From assembly GCA_035539855.1 (NCBI GenBank), contig DATLHO010000169.1, positions 23,883-87,882 of the forward strand: a stretch of DNA of 64,000 nucleotides. Reading direction: 5' to 3'. The stretch's first letter is position 1; every line of letters begins with the position of its first letter. Shown here in pieces: positions 51,306 through 60,658 of the stretch. A program made the position numbers and the translations under genes. The notes under the pieces are model-generated. The model had not been told where the DNA came from. It searched no databases and saw only the letters and a list, made by a program, of their open reading frames with translations. The DNA comes from Candidatus Kapaibacterium sp. Its GTDB lineage: Bacteria > Bacteroidota > Ignavibacteria > OLB7.

Positions 51306-52979
51306 ATGAGATTCGATAGGGCATGGATTCGCACGTCGGCCATGTGGCGCCTGAAGCGGCCTCTCGGCCGCCGGCTCTCCGTCGCGGTCCTACTCGGACT
51401 GGCTGCGTCTCTCCTGGTCGCTCCGGCCAACGCGCAGGTCGGTGAAATCCTCGCCAGCCCCGGTCCGGTCAAGCTGCGCCTGCTCTGGGCGCGCACGAGC
51501 ACCGAGGCCGGGACCGGGATCGGAACCGGTCTGGCGGCGATTCCCGATATCGACGGTGATGGCCGCGACGAGGTGCTGATTGGCACACTCGTTCCACAGG
51601 AGCTGCGATTGTACCATGGAGAGAGTACCGGACTGCGGCTCGATGAGGAATGGCGACTCGTGGGCGAATTCGCATGGCGAGGCACTACCGCGAATCCGGA
51701 CCTTTTCGGCGACGGGCGCCGGTTTGTCATGCTTGTTGGCGGCGCCAGTGAGCTTCATTTCTACCCGATCGACTCGGGCCGCATCGCAATGACGCCGACG
51801 ATGATCTGGCCGGCGACGCGCGCTGATTCACCGGGAATACGAGGCGCTCTGAGCGACTTCGCGGTCGCCGATCTAAATGGCGACGGCGCTGACGAACTGA
51901 TCGCCTTCATTGGGTTCATACGGGGCGCACCGGAGCCGCACCACTCGCAGGTCTGGATCTACCAGGGAGGCCCGAACTTCCAGCTCGATATGCCGACGAC
52001 CGTTCTGCGGGAAACAATCGCGGAGTTCGGCTACTCGCCGAAAGGCGGCGTCGGGGACTTCGACGGTGACGGTCACGTCGATATCGGGATGCTACAGATA
52101 CCGACGAAGAGCGGAGGGAACCATCTGATGTTCTGGTTCGGCGATGGACAACTTCCGGCGGACGGAGCGCACCCTGATCGCTCGGTCAATGTCGAGTACG
52201 GGTCGTGGCGCGCGGTCAATGTCGACGGCGACGGCGTAAGCGATATTCTCACGGATCAGTTTGTGTTCCACACTGCCAGCGGCAAGGACGCACGCATGCG
52301 GACGTTCGACGTGACGGACGCCGACCTGATGCTGTCTCAGAACCGCTATTTCCTGCAACACTTCGGTCCGATGAACAACCGCGCGGGTCGCTACGACATG
52401 GTCGGCACGACGGCATACGACGTCGTCAATGGCGGCCAGCTTCGCGCGTTTTCCGGTGGACCGAACGGACCCGACGCGACATACGATGCAGTGTTCTACG
52501 AGTCCGACCATGGATTCTTCGAAAGCCCAAGCGGCTATAATATGCCTGCGGGCGACGTCAACGGGGATGGCTGGTCAGATTTCCTCGCCGGCAATCCCAG
52601 ATACTACGACGACACTGACCGCGGAGCCGTCATAGTTCTCGCCGGCGGTCCATACATCCCGGTCGACGACCCGTCGATGGGCGTGCGCGAGGTCGTCACC
52701 GGCGAGCGTCCGCGATCGGTGTACATCTGGCCGATGCCGGTCGGCGATGAATTGAACATCGCCTGGCGCGGCGACCTCGAACGCATGCCCGCGCGCTTCA
52801 AGGTCTTCGATGTCGGAGGTGGGCTGGTCGCCCGAGGTGCGGTCGATCCGTATGTCGGCTCGGCGCACTGGCGCTGCGGCGATGCTCCGCCGGGCGCGTA
52901 TGTGCTCCGCGTGCTCGACGAAGACGGCGGGCTGCTTGGAACGGCGTCGTTCGTCAAGCGATCGATCCCCCCACTCTGA
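51306..52979 (+). CDS. Secreted FG-GAP/VCBS-repeat protein with T9SS-type C-terminal sorting domain
   Basis: Signal. DxDGDG repeats (IPDIDGDGRDEVLIG, ADLNGDGADELIAF, VGDFDGDGHVDIG, NVDGDGVSDIL, GDVNGDGWSDFLAG). CTD …SVYIWPMPVGDELNIAW…FKVFDVGGGLVARG…PGAYVLRVLDEDGGLLGTASFVKR. Confidence 0.75.
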   Translation: MRFDRAWIRTSAMWRLKRPLGRRLSVAVLLGLAASLLVAPANAQVGEILASPGPVKLRLLWARTSTEAGTGIGTGLAAIPDIDGDGRDEVLIGTLVPQELRLYHGESTGLRLDEEWRLVGEFAWRGTTANPDLFGDGRRFVMLVGGASELHFYPIDSGRIAMTPTMIWPATRADSPGIRGALSDFAVADLNGDGADELIAFIGFIRGAPEPHHSQVWIYQGGPNFQLDMPTTVLRETIAEFGYSPKGGVGDFDGDGHVDIGMLQIPTKSGGNHLMFWFGDGQLPADGAHPDRSVNVEYGSWRAVNVDGDGVSDILTDQFVFHTASGKDARMRTFDVTDADLMLSQNRYFLQHFGPMNNRAGRYDMVGTTAYDVVNGGQLRAFSGGPNGPDATYDAVFYESDHGFFESPSGYNMPAGDVNGDGWSDFLAGNPRYYDDTDRGAVIVLAGGPYIPVDDPSMGVREVVTGERPRSVYIWPMPVGDELNIAWRGDLERMPARFKVFDVGGGLVARGAVDPYVGSAHWRCGDAPPGAYVLRVLDEDGGLLGTASFVKRSIPPL

Positions 52980-53024
52980 ATCCTGCCGGCACCGCAGAGC
53001 GAGACGCGAGTCGCCGTCGGCGGC

Positions 53025-54134
53025 CTACCCCGACTCGTACAACGTGATCGCCGACGTCTTGACGATGATGAACAGCTCGGTGCCCGGCGCGCTGTGAAGC
53101 TCGGCGACCGCCTCGGCGGTGACCTCGGCGACGATCGGCGGCGCGTCGCCGGCGAGGCGCGCGGTGATCAGACGCAGAGCCCCGACCGCCTCGACGCTCT
53201 CGACGCGCGCGGCGATGATGTTGCGCGCCGACAGCAGCCGCGGGCGCTCGAGCGCGAGCGTGATCTCGGCCGCGGGAATGCTGAGCATGACGTGCGATCC
53301 CGGCGCGACGCTCGCGCGCGGCACCGTCATCGTCGGCCCGTCGTCGGCGCTTCCAACGCGCACAATGCTCGTCTCGTCGCGGTTGTCGACGATGACCGCG
53401 GGCACGACATTCTCGAAGCCCTCCGCCTCCGCCAGCGGGAAGACCTCCGGCCGCGTCAGCACGGCGCGTGGCTCCCCGCGCGCGATCACCCGACCTTCGC
53501 GCAGCACGACGAGGTCCTCGCAGAGCGCCATCACCTCGACGGGATTATGCGACACGACGAGCATCGGCAGGGCGAACTCGCGCTGCATGCGGTAGAGGAA
53601 CGGCAGCACCTTGCGGCGCAGCGCGACGTCGAGCGCGGCGAGCGGCTCGTCCAGGAGCATGAGGTCGGGTCCGGAGCAGAGCGCGCGCGCGAGCGCGACG
53701 CGCTGGCGCTCACCGCCGGAGAGGGTCGTCGCGCGCTGATCGAGCAGGCGCTCGATGTCGAGCACGCGCACGGCGGCGGCGAAGATCCCGTCGAAGTCGT
53801 GGCCGGTCGCGATCGCGCGGGCGCGGCCGGCGCGCAGGTTCTCGCGCACGTCGAGGTGCGGAAACAGCAGCGAGTCCTGCGGTACGTAGCCGATGCCGCG
53901 CCGCTCGGGCGCGAGCCAGACGCGCCGTTCGGTGTCGAGCCAGTCGACGTCGCCGAAGCGCACGACGCCTCGCGCGCCGCGGCGCAGCCCCGCGACGGTC
54001 TCGAGCAGCGACGTCTTGCCGGAGCCGCTGACGCCGAAGATGCCGGTGACGCGATGGGTCGTGGCGATGTCGATCTCGAGCGCGAAGCGATCGAGTGGCA
54101 GCGCGATGTCGATGGAGAGGATGGGCTGGGACAT
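53025..54134 (-). CDS. modC: Molybdate ABC transporter ATP-binding protein ModC (with C-terminal TOBE/Mop domain)
   Basis: Walker A GVSGSGKTS. Signature LSGGERQRVALARAL. Walker B LLLDEP. C-terminal Mop-like region. Start MSQPILS (54132-54134) overlaps the modB stop (TGATG). Confidence 0.85.
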   Translation of the reverse strand: MSQPILSIDIALPLDRFALEIDIATTHRVTGIFGVSGSGKTSLLETVAGLRRGARGVVRFGDVDWLDTERRVWLAPERRGIGYVPQDSLLFPHLDVRENLRAGRARAIATGHDFDGIFAAAVRVLDIERLLDQRATTLSGGERQRVALARALCSGPDLMLLDEPLAALDVALRRKVLPFLYRMQREFALPMLVVSHNPVEVMALCEDLVVLREGRVIARGEPRAVLTRPEVFPLAEAEGFENVVPAVIVDNRDETSIVRVGSADDGPTMTVPRASVAPGSHVMLSIPAAEITLALERPRLLSARNIIAARVESVEAVGALRLITARLAGDAPPIVAEVTAEAVAELHSAPGTELFIIVKTSAITLYESG

Positions 54135-54796
54135 CAGACCGGCATCCTCCGTCGACCGAGCACGGTCGTGATCCACATGACGACGAACGCGACGCCGAGC
54201 AGCACGAGCGCCGAGCGATTGGCCGCGGCGTAGTTCATCGATTGCACGTTGTCGTAGATCGCGATCGACAGCGTGCGCGTCGTGCCGGGAATGTTGCCGC
54301 CGACCATGAGCACCACGCCGAACTCACCGAGCGTGTGCGCGAACGTCAGCACCAGCGACGCGAGCAGTCCCTGCCAGCTCAGCGGCAGCGTCACGGTGAA
54401 GAACGTCTTGAGCCGTCCGTTGCCGAGCGTCCGCGACATGTCGATGAGCCGGCGATCGACGCTCTCGAAGCCGGCGACGAGCGGGCGCACCGCGAACGGG
54501 ACGTTGAAGATGATCGAGGCGATGAGGATGCCGCCGAAGCTGAACGGAAGCATCCCGCCGGTGAGCTCGTGATAGACGGCGCCGAACGGACCGTTCGGTC
54601 CCATCGCCATCAGCAGGTAGAACCCGACGACCGTTGGCGGCAGCACCAGCGGCAGCGCGATGATCGCCTCGAGCACGGTCTTGCCGCGCCACTTCGTCAT
54701 GGCGATCCAGTGCGCCAGCGGAACGGCGAACAGGAAGAGGATGCCCGCGGTCGAGAGCGCGAGCCGGGTCGTCAGCGCTATTGCGTCCCAGTCCAC
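54134..54796 (-). CDS. modB: Molybdate ABC transporter permease ModB
   Basis: Five TM helices. EAA-like loop …SRTLGNGRLKTFFTVTLPLSWQG. ModB-type sequence throughout. Confidence 0.9.
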   Translation of the reverse strand: MDWDAIALTTRLALSTAGILFLFAVPLAHWIAMTKWRGKTVLEAIIALPLVLPPTVVGFYLLMAMGPNGPFGAVYHELTGGMLPFSFGGILIASIIFNVPFAVRPLVAGFESVDRRLIDMSRTLGNGRLKTFFTVTLPLSWQGLLASLVLTFAHTLGEFGVVLMVGGNIPGTTRTLSIAIYDNVQSMNYAAANRSALVLLGVAFVVMWITTVLGRRRMPV

Positions 54797-54799
54797 TGG

Positions 54800-55663
54800 C
54801 TACTCGCCGGGAATGATGAATCCGTACGAGCGCAGCACCCGACGGCCGTCGGCTCCGCTCATGTACGCGACGAGCTTCGCGGCCGCCTCGGGTTCGTGCG
54901 CGCGCGAGAGAATGATCCCGCCCTGCTCGAGCCGCGGATACGCGTCGAGCGGTACCGGCCAGTACGTCCCCTTGTCGCGCATCGACGGCGCCATCGCCAG
55001 CGACAGCGCGATGATGCCGACGTCCGCCGCGCCCGACTCGATGAACTGCGCGGTCTGCGCGATGTTCTCCCCGAGGACGAGCCGATCCTTCACCGCATCG
55101 TAGACCCCGAGCGACTTCATCGCGGCCTCGGCGGCGCGTCCGTACGGCGCGTGCTCGGGATTGGCGATGGCGATCTTCCCGATCTCCGGCGAGCGCAGCG
55201 CCTCGATCCCCTTCCCCTTGACGTCGACGCCCGAACCGGACGGCGCCCAGAGCACGATCTGTCCATCGGCGTAGTGAAAGAGCGAGCTGCTGTCGGCATG
55301 TCCGGCCGCCGCGAGCTTGCGCGGGTACACGATATCGGCCGAGAGAAAGACATCGAACGGAGCGCCGTTCGACAACTGCGAGAAGAAGTTCCCCGATGAG
55401 CCGTACGAGACCTTCACCTCGATCGAGGGATCGACCGTCCTGAACGCCGCGACGATCTCGTCGAGCGCGAACTTCAGGTCCGACGCCGCGGCGACCGTGA
55501 CGTGGCGCGTCGCGGCGGTATCCGGAGACGTCGTCGCTGCGCCATCGGCGGCGTCGCGTGCGTCACCGCCGCAGCCGACGATGATGGTCGACAGGAGAAC
55601 GAGAGCCGCGCAGCCGAGAAACAGCCGGGCGAGACGAGCGAGAATGCTATGGATCATCGGCAT
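54800..55663 (-). CDS. modA: Molybdate ABC transporter substrate-binding protein ModA
   Basis: Lipoprotein-type signal (…LSTIIVGCGG). VSYGSSGNFFSQLSNGAPFDVFLSAD anion-binding-site region typical of ModA. Confidence 0.85.
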   Translation of the reverse strand: MPMIHSILARLARLFLGCAALVLLSTIIVGCGGDARDAADGAATTSPDTAATRHVTVAAASDLKFALDEIVAAFRTVDPSIEVKVSYGSSGNFFSQLSNGAPFDVFLSADIVYPRKLAAAGHADSSSLFHYADGQIVLWAPSGSGVDVKGKGIEALRSPEIGKIAIANPEHAPYGRAAEAAMKSLGVYDAVKDRLVLGENIAQTAQFIESGAADVGIIALSLAMAPSMRDKGTYWPVPLDAYPRLEQGGIILSRAHEPEAAAKLVAYMSGADGRRVLRSYGFIIPGE

Positions 55664-55672
55664 GTCGTCGGT

Positions 55673-56962
55673 TCAGAAATCGAGCTGCGCCATCAGGTAC
55701 GCCCAGTAGACGGGATCAATCCCGAAGCGGGATTCGAGCAGCGGTCCCGGAAGGAAAACGCCTCCGCCGCCGGCGACCTCGAGCGCCGGATTCGCGCGCC
55801 ACGAGCCGATCAGGTCGAGCTCGGCGCCGAACGTGCCCGCGCCGCGCTGCGGAGCGAGCCGGTGCGCTTCGAGCAACAGCCGCATGCCCTTGACGGGCGC
55901 GACCGATGCACCAACGGCGACATCGACGAGGCCGGCCGTCCCGCCGATGGATTCCGGCACGATGTCCATCTGCCCGTAGACGCGATGGTTCGTTCCGAAC
56001 AGCGTGTTGAAATTCTCCGTGCGGTCGTCGTCGGAAGAGCCATCGCCGGAGAGCGCCGTGACGAGTCCGAAGACACGGGTCCTCGTCGCGCTGTCGACGA
56101 TCGCTGCGAGGGTCGCGCTCGCCATGAACGCGCCGATCGCCCTTCGTGCGCTCGAGTCCGTCGTTGCGGCGCGGCCGGCCTGCAGTGCGCCCTCGAGCTC
56201 GACCTCGACGGTGCCCGCGCTCGCGCGCAGCCACGTGCCGGCGGTGTAGCGCTCGAGGACCGCGTGCCCGGTATCCTCGCCGCGCCGCACGTGCGTCGTG
56301 TTGTCGTCGCGCAGGCCGAAGAGATCGACCGCGAGACCGGACGAGGGCTTCCACGTGCTCCAGACGCCGTAGAGATTCTTCGATGCAATCGGTCCCGGAT
56401 TCGGCGCGGTCAGTCGCGCGGCGAACAGGTCGACGCTGGCGCGATCGACGTGCAGCGTCGCGCGCGCGGCATCGAACGCGCGGCCGGTGTTGCTCCAGTT
56501 CGAGACGCCGATGAGCCGCTCGTTGGCGAATGACATCTCCTGTCGTCCGACGCGCAGGCTCACGGGCACGCCGCCGACGCTGTCGATCGCGGCCCACGCC
56601 TGGTGCATGTCGAGCTGCTCGGCGTCGGCGTCGCTGGTGCCCCGGCCGGACGTCGGATCGCTCTGGCCCCAGTAGCGCGCATCCTGGATCTCGACGACCG
56701 CGGTGATGCCCGCGAGCGGACGCGCCGTCGCGCGCAGCCGTGATCGAAGCAGGTGCACGAGCACGCCGTCATCGGCCAGCACGCCGCGATGGTCGATCTC
56801 GCTGCGCACGCGCACCTGTCCGTTGATCGTCACGACCCGAGCCGAATCGGCGGACCCGGACCGCGACGAATTCTGCGCGGCAAGCGGAGCCGCGACGACC
56901 ATCGCAGCGAGCGCGAGCAGGCGAGCGGTACTGCGCAGGTATCTGGTGTGCGGTTCGATCAT
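55673..56962 (-). CDS. Outer-membrane beta-barrel protein (porin/alginate-export-like) upstream of modABC
   Basis: Signal MIEPHTRYLRSTARLLALAAMVVAAPLAAQ. Amphipathic β-strand pattern. C-terminal …YLMAQLDF aromatic terminus. Confidence 0.6.
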   Translation of the reverse strand: MIEPHTRYLRSTARLLALAAMVVAAPLAAQNSSRSGSADSARVVTINGQVRVRSEIDHRGVLADDGVLVHLLRSRLRATARPLAGITAVVEIQDARYWGQSDPTSGRGTSDADAEQLDMHQAWAAIDSVGGVPVSLRVGRQEMSFANERLIGVSNWSNTGRAFDAARATLHVDRASVDLFAARLTAPNPGPIASKNLYGVWSTWKPSSGLAVDLFGLRDDNTTHVRRGEDTGHAVLERYTAGTWLRASAGTVEVELEGALQAGRAATTDSSARRAIGAFMASATLAAIVDSATRTRVFGLVTALSGDGSSDDDRTENFNTLFGTNHRVYGQMDIVPESIGGTAGLVDVAVGASVAPVKGMRLLLEAHRLAPQRGAGTFGAELDLIGSWRANPALEVAGGGGVFLPGPLLESRFGIDPVYWAYLMAQLDF

Positions 56963-57040
56963 GAGCGTGTTGTGATCGATGCCAGGGACGGCGCGACGAC
57001 GCCTGCCGCGACGCGATCCTCGCGACGGGCCGAATCCTAT

Positions 57041-57817
57041 CTACTCCATCGCGGCGCGCGACATCGCCCGCCGCGCGATGGCGAACAGCACCGTGCCGAG
57101 CAGCGCGAGCGGCACGAGCAGCGCTGCCGCGTCGGGGATGCGCGCCAGCAGCAGCGCCTCGCGCAGTGCGCTGGCGACCAGCGACAGGGGATTCCAGCGC
57201 GCCACGGTCTCGAGCCAGTCGGGCATCTGCCGCGGCGGCACCAGGGCGGTGCTCGTGAACAGCAGCGGCATGTTCGAGACGTGAACGAAGACGGCCATCG
57301 CCTCCTGCGACTTCGCACTCAATGCGATCGAGCACGAGAGCGCCGACCACGCGAACGCGAAGACGGCGAGTCCCGCCAGCGCGAGAACGGTCCCTGGGAC
57401 GCTCGGGCTCAGCCGCGCTCCGAGCGCGAGACCGAGCAGCGCCACGACGGCCGCCTGCGCCAGCAGGCGCACGACGTCGGCGCCGATCATGCCGGCGAGC
57501 ATCCAGCCGGGATGAGCCGATGCGCGCACCAGACGCTGGACGAATCCCGTCTGCAGATCGCGCACGAGGTTGATTCCCGCCTGCGACGCGCCGAAGAGCA
57601 CGGTCATGCAGCAGACACCGGGTAACAGCACGTCGAAGTATCGCAGCCCGACATACTCCGGACCGAGCTGCGCGATCCTGTCGAAGAGAAATCCGAACGT
57701 CAGCAGCCACAGCAGCGGCTGCACGAACGAGAAGCTCAGCGGCACCGGCCGGCGCAGCGTCTTGCGCCAGTTGCGCAGCGCCGTCTCGCGCACGATATGC
57801 AGGGCCGTCGCGGTCAT
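57041..57817 (-). CDS. ABC-2-type transporter permease
   Basis: Six TM helices. N-terminal …LRNWRKTLRRPVPLSFSFVQPLLWLLTFGFLF typical of ABC-2 exporters. Confidence 0.8.
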   Translation of the reverse strand: MTATALHIVRETALRNWRKTLRRPVPLSFSFVQPLLWLLTFGFLFDRIAQLGPEYVGLRYFDVLLPGVCCMTVLFGASQAGINLVRDLQTGFVQRLVRASAHPGWMLAGMIGADVVRLLAQAAVVALLGLALGARLSPSVPGTVLALAGLAVFAFAWSALSCSIALSAKSQEAMAVFVHVSNMPLLFTSTALVPPRQMPDWLETVARWNPLSLVASALREALLLARIPDAAALLVPLALLGTVLFAIARRAMSRAAME

Positions 57818-58911
57818 GACGCACCTCGCGGGCCGCCGCGATTGGAGCCACGACCTCCGCCAGTGCCGGAGCCACGACCTGATCGGCCCGCGACCCGCGA
57901 ATCATCCGACGCATCCCGGTCAGCCGCGACGACGGCGCCCGTGAGCTCGAAGAACGCACTCGAGAGGTCGGGAGGATGCTGCTCGAAGCGAGACACCGCG
58001 ATCTCGAGCGCGCGCAACGCATCGAGTGCGGGCTCGGGTCCGTGGAGGGGAACGCTGCGCGTGATCGTGATGACCGCGCCGTGAATCTCGACGCGAACTC
58101 CGCCACCGGCGCCGCTCGCACCACCGGCGCGCTCGAGTGCGTCGCGCAGCGAGGCGGGATCGTGCGGAATGCGCGCGAGCTCGATGGTCGTGCGCGCGCG
58201 GCCGTGTGACGCGACGAGGGCGGAGGGCGCGTCGTCGGCAACGATGCGCCCGGCGCTCAGCAGCACGATGCGGTCGCAGTGCGCCTGGACGTCGGCCAGG
58301 TCGTGCGTGACGACGAGCAGCGTGTGTCCTCCGTCGCGCCACGCGACCAGCCGGCGCCAGAGCGCGGCGCGGCCGGAGGGATCGAGACTCGACGTCGGCT
58401 CGTCGAGCAGCAGCAGCGCGGGCGCGTGCATCGTCTCGATGGCCAGGTGCAGCCGCTGGCGCTGTCCGCCCGAGTAGCCTGCGACGCGCCGCTCGACGAA
58501 CGATCCGAGCTCGAGCTCCTCGACGATCGCCGCGATGCGTCGCGTTCGCTCGCCATGGGGAAGTCCCCGCAGCGCGTAGAACAACCGCAGCGTCTCGGCG
58601 CCGGTGATCTCGCCGTCGAGCGCGAGATCCTGTCCGACGTATCCCGTCATCGTCCGAAAGGCCGCGTCGCTCGTGCGTGGCGTCGCGCCGAAGACATCAA
58701 CCGTTCCCGCGTCGGGAGCGATCACGCCCGCGACGATGCGCAGCATCGTGCTCTTGCCGGAGCCGTTGGCTCCGGCAAGAGCGACGAGCCGTGCGGGCTC
58801 GATGGCGCAGTCGATGCCGTCGAGCGCGTGCACGCCGGCGAAGCTGCGCCGGACGCCGGCCAGCCGAACCGCCGGCGCGACGTCAATCGGCGTAGACGAT
58901 CGTTCCGACAT
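57814..58911 (-). CDS. ABC transporter ATP-binding protein (partner of the ABC-2 permease)
   Basis: Walker A GANGSGKST. Signature YSGGQRQRLHLA. Walker B LLLLDEPTSSLD. Start MSERSS at 58909-58911 preferred over the extended ORF to 58989. Overlaps the permease start by 4 nt. Confidence 0.8.
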   Translation of the reverse strand: MSERSSTPIDVAPAVRLAGVRRSFAGVHALDGIDCAIEPARLVALAGANGSGKSTMLRIVAGVIAPDAGTVDVFGATPRTSDAAFRTMTGYVGQDLALDGEITGAETLRLFYALRGLPHGERTRRIAAIVEELELGSFVERRVAGYSGGQRQRLHLAIETMHAPALLLLDEPTSSLDPSGRAALWRRLVAWRDGGHTLLVVTHDLADVQAHCDRIVLLSAGRIVADDAPSALVASHGRARTTIELARIPHDPASLRDALERAGGASGAGGGVRVEIHGAVITITRSVPLHGPEPALDALRALEIAVSRFEQHPPDLSSAFFELTGAVVAADRDASDDSRVAGRSGRGSGTGGGRGSNRGGPRGAS

Positions 58912-59707
58912 GCTCGCCGGCGACCGCCGCGGCGATGCGCTCGGGGTCGCGTCCGTTGACGAGCTGGAACTGCTTGACGAGTCGTGCATTGGTCAGGAGA
59001 TCCGGAAGAACCTCGTCGAAGGGGAGGGTCTTGAGGTTGCGGCGCTTGAGCTCCTTCGCGCCGATCGAATCGATGAACGACGCGTTGCCGTTGAGCTTGG
59101 GATCCTCGGTGTACAGGCCGTCGACGTCCTTGACGAACGTGACGGTCTTGGTGCCGAAGCACTCGCCGAGGATGAAGCAGCCGGCGTCGGTGCGATGCGG
59201 CGGGATGCGTCCGACTCCGGGAGGATGCTCCCAGAGCGAGTACGGCGGCACGCCGTTGAAGATGACGCCCGGCGCCGAGTGGATGAACAGCGGAAGCAGG
59301 TGGCCGAAGATCTCCGGCGGGATCGCGACGACACCGTACTGCGACAGCAGCGTGCCGAGGATGTGCGCGTTGCCGAGCGCGTCGGCGACGGACACCTGCG
59401 CGAGCACGCCGACGGGCAGCCCGAGGTCGATGCCGATCGACCAGACGTGTCGGCTGCGGACGCCGCCGCCGACGCCGAGGATGAGCTTCTCGCTCTCGAG
59501 CAGCCGCGCGAGCACGTCGACGACCGGATAGGTGAGCGCCTTGCCCTGATCGATGATCGAGCGGCCGCCGATCTTGATGATGTGCGCATTCGGAAGCATG
59601 CGCACGACCGGCGACTCAGTACGCGCCATCACCTGCTTATCAAGCAGGCTCTCGCGCATCAACATCGAATTGACATGATGCCGCGAATCAACAGGTATAT
59701 CAGCCAT
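58883..59707 (-). CDS. Amino-acid-kinase-fold protein, molybdenum-storage-protein subunit-like (MosA/MosB family)
   Basis: IIKIGGRSIIDQGKAL…LGVGGGVRSRH…PPYSLWEHPPGVGRIPPHRTD…VKDVDGLYTEDPK… mirrors the UMP-kinase-like MoSto pattern. Tandem paralog of the next gene, at the head of the mod cluster. Confidence 0.65.
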   Translation of the reverse strand: MADIPVDSRHHVNSMLMRESLLDKQVMARTESPVVRMLPNAHIIKIGGRSIIDQGKALTYPVVDVLARLLESEKLILGVGGGVRSRHVWSIGIDLGLPVGVLAQVSVADALGNAHILGTLLSQYGVVAIPPEIFGHLLPLFIHSAPGVIFNGVPPYSLWEHPPGVGRIPPHRTDAGCFILGECFGTKTVTFVKDVDGLYTEDPKLNGNASFIDSIGAKELKRRNLKTLPFDEVLPDLLTNARLVKQFQLVNGRDPERIAAAVAGEHVGTIVYAD

Positions 59708-59759
59708 GAAAGTAAAGCCAGTTGCGAATGAGAATTCCCAGTCCCTTAGTCCCTATCCG

Positions 59760-60581
59760 TCAATCCGCCGAAATAATCGTCCCCACTTCTTCGCCTTCTA
59801 GCGCCCGCGTGAGGTTTCCGGGAACGAGCCCGTTGATGATCTGGATCGACCGGCGGCTCTCGGCGTTCTCCATGAGATCGAGCACGGCGCGCTCGACGAC
59901 GACATCGTCGAGGTCCATCTCACGAAGCTCGCCGAGCGTGATCTTCGGGATGAACTTCGCGTGCTTCTCCTTCTTCGGATCGGCCGTGTACAGTCCGTCC
60001 TCGTCCTTGACGTAGATCATCGAGCGCGTGCCGAAGACCTCGCTGATGAGGTAGCAGCCGGTGTCGGTGCGATGCGGTGGGATGCGTCCGATCTCGGGGT
60101 TCTTCTGCCAGAAGGTGTACGGCGGCATGCCGAAGAAGACGACCGCGCCGCGCTCGGCGAGGTACAGCGGAAGCTGTGGGAACTGCACCGGCTCGATGAA
60201 CGGGATGCCGTGCTTCGCCAGCAGGTAGTGCAGCATGCGCGCGTTCTGCATGCTCACGAACGTGCCGAGCACGCTGAGCACGCCGGTCGGCATGCCGAGG
60301 TCGATCCCGACGCTGTATGCGTGGCGCGCGCGCGTGCCGGCGCCGGTGCCGATGATCATCTTGTGCCGGCCGAGATTCGCGACGATCTCATCGATGATCG
60401 GGAACACCGCGCTGCGGCCGCGATCGATGAAGCTCTGTCCGCCGATCTTCACGACGTTGGCGTTGGGGAGAATCTGCAGGACCGGATGCTCGTTGGTGCG
60501 CGCGAGCAGCTCGAGATCGGTGATGTTACCGTCGACGAGCGCGCGACCGAGGTCGGTCAGGACTTCGTTCTGCATGGACAT
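59760..60581 (-). CDS. Amino-acid-kinase-fold protein, molybdenum-storage-protein subunit-like (MosA/MosB family)
   Basis: VVKIGGQSFIDRGRSAV…IIGTGAGTRARHAYS…GMPPYTFWQKNPEIGRIPPHRTDTGCYL…VKDEDGLYTADPKK…VNGLVPGNLTRALEGEEVGTIISAD closely parallels Azotobacter MosB as recalled. Start MSMQNEV (60579-60581) preferred over the Arg-rich N-terminal extension of the longer ORF. Confidence 0.7.
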   Translation of the reverse strand: MSMQNEVLTDLGRALVDGNITDLELLARTNEHPVLQILPNANVVKIGGQSFIDRGRSAVFPIIDEIVANLGRHKMIIGTGAGTRARHAYSVGIDLGMPTGVLSVLGTFVSMQNARMLHYLLAKHGIPFIEPVQFPQLPLYLAERGAVVFFGMPPYTFWQKNPEIGRIPPHRTDTGCYLISEVFGTRSMIYVKDEDGLYTADPKKEKHAKFIPKITLGELREMDLDDVVVERAVLDLMENAESRRSIQIINGLVPGNLTRALEGEEVGTIISAD

Positions 60582-60658
60582 ATTGGTTGAATGTGCTGGG
60601 ACCGAAACAGGGGCGAGGTTCTGCGCGCAGGGGGAGGGCGGCAAGACTCGCAATTTAG

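Noticed and set aside
57041-58911. Considered assigning the ABC-2 permease/ATPase as part of ModABC
   Set aside because: ModB and ModC are already present at 53025-54796. The ABC-2 architecture is that of an exporter, so it is annotated separately with unknown substrate.
58883-60581. Considered calling the two kinase-fold genes pyrH (UMP kinase)
   Set aside because: They form a tandem paralog pair beside molybdate transport genes. The sequence pattern matches my recollection of MosA/MosB better than PyrH. The call is kept as MoSto-like with moderate confidence pending a profile search.
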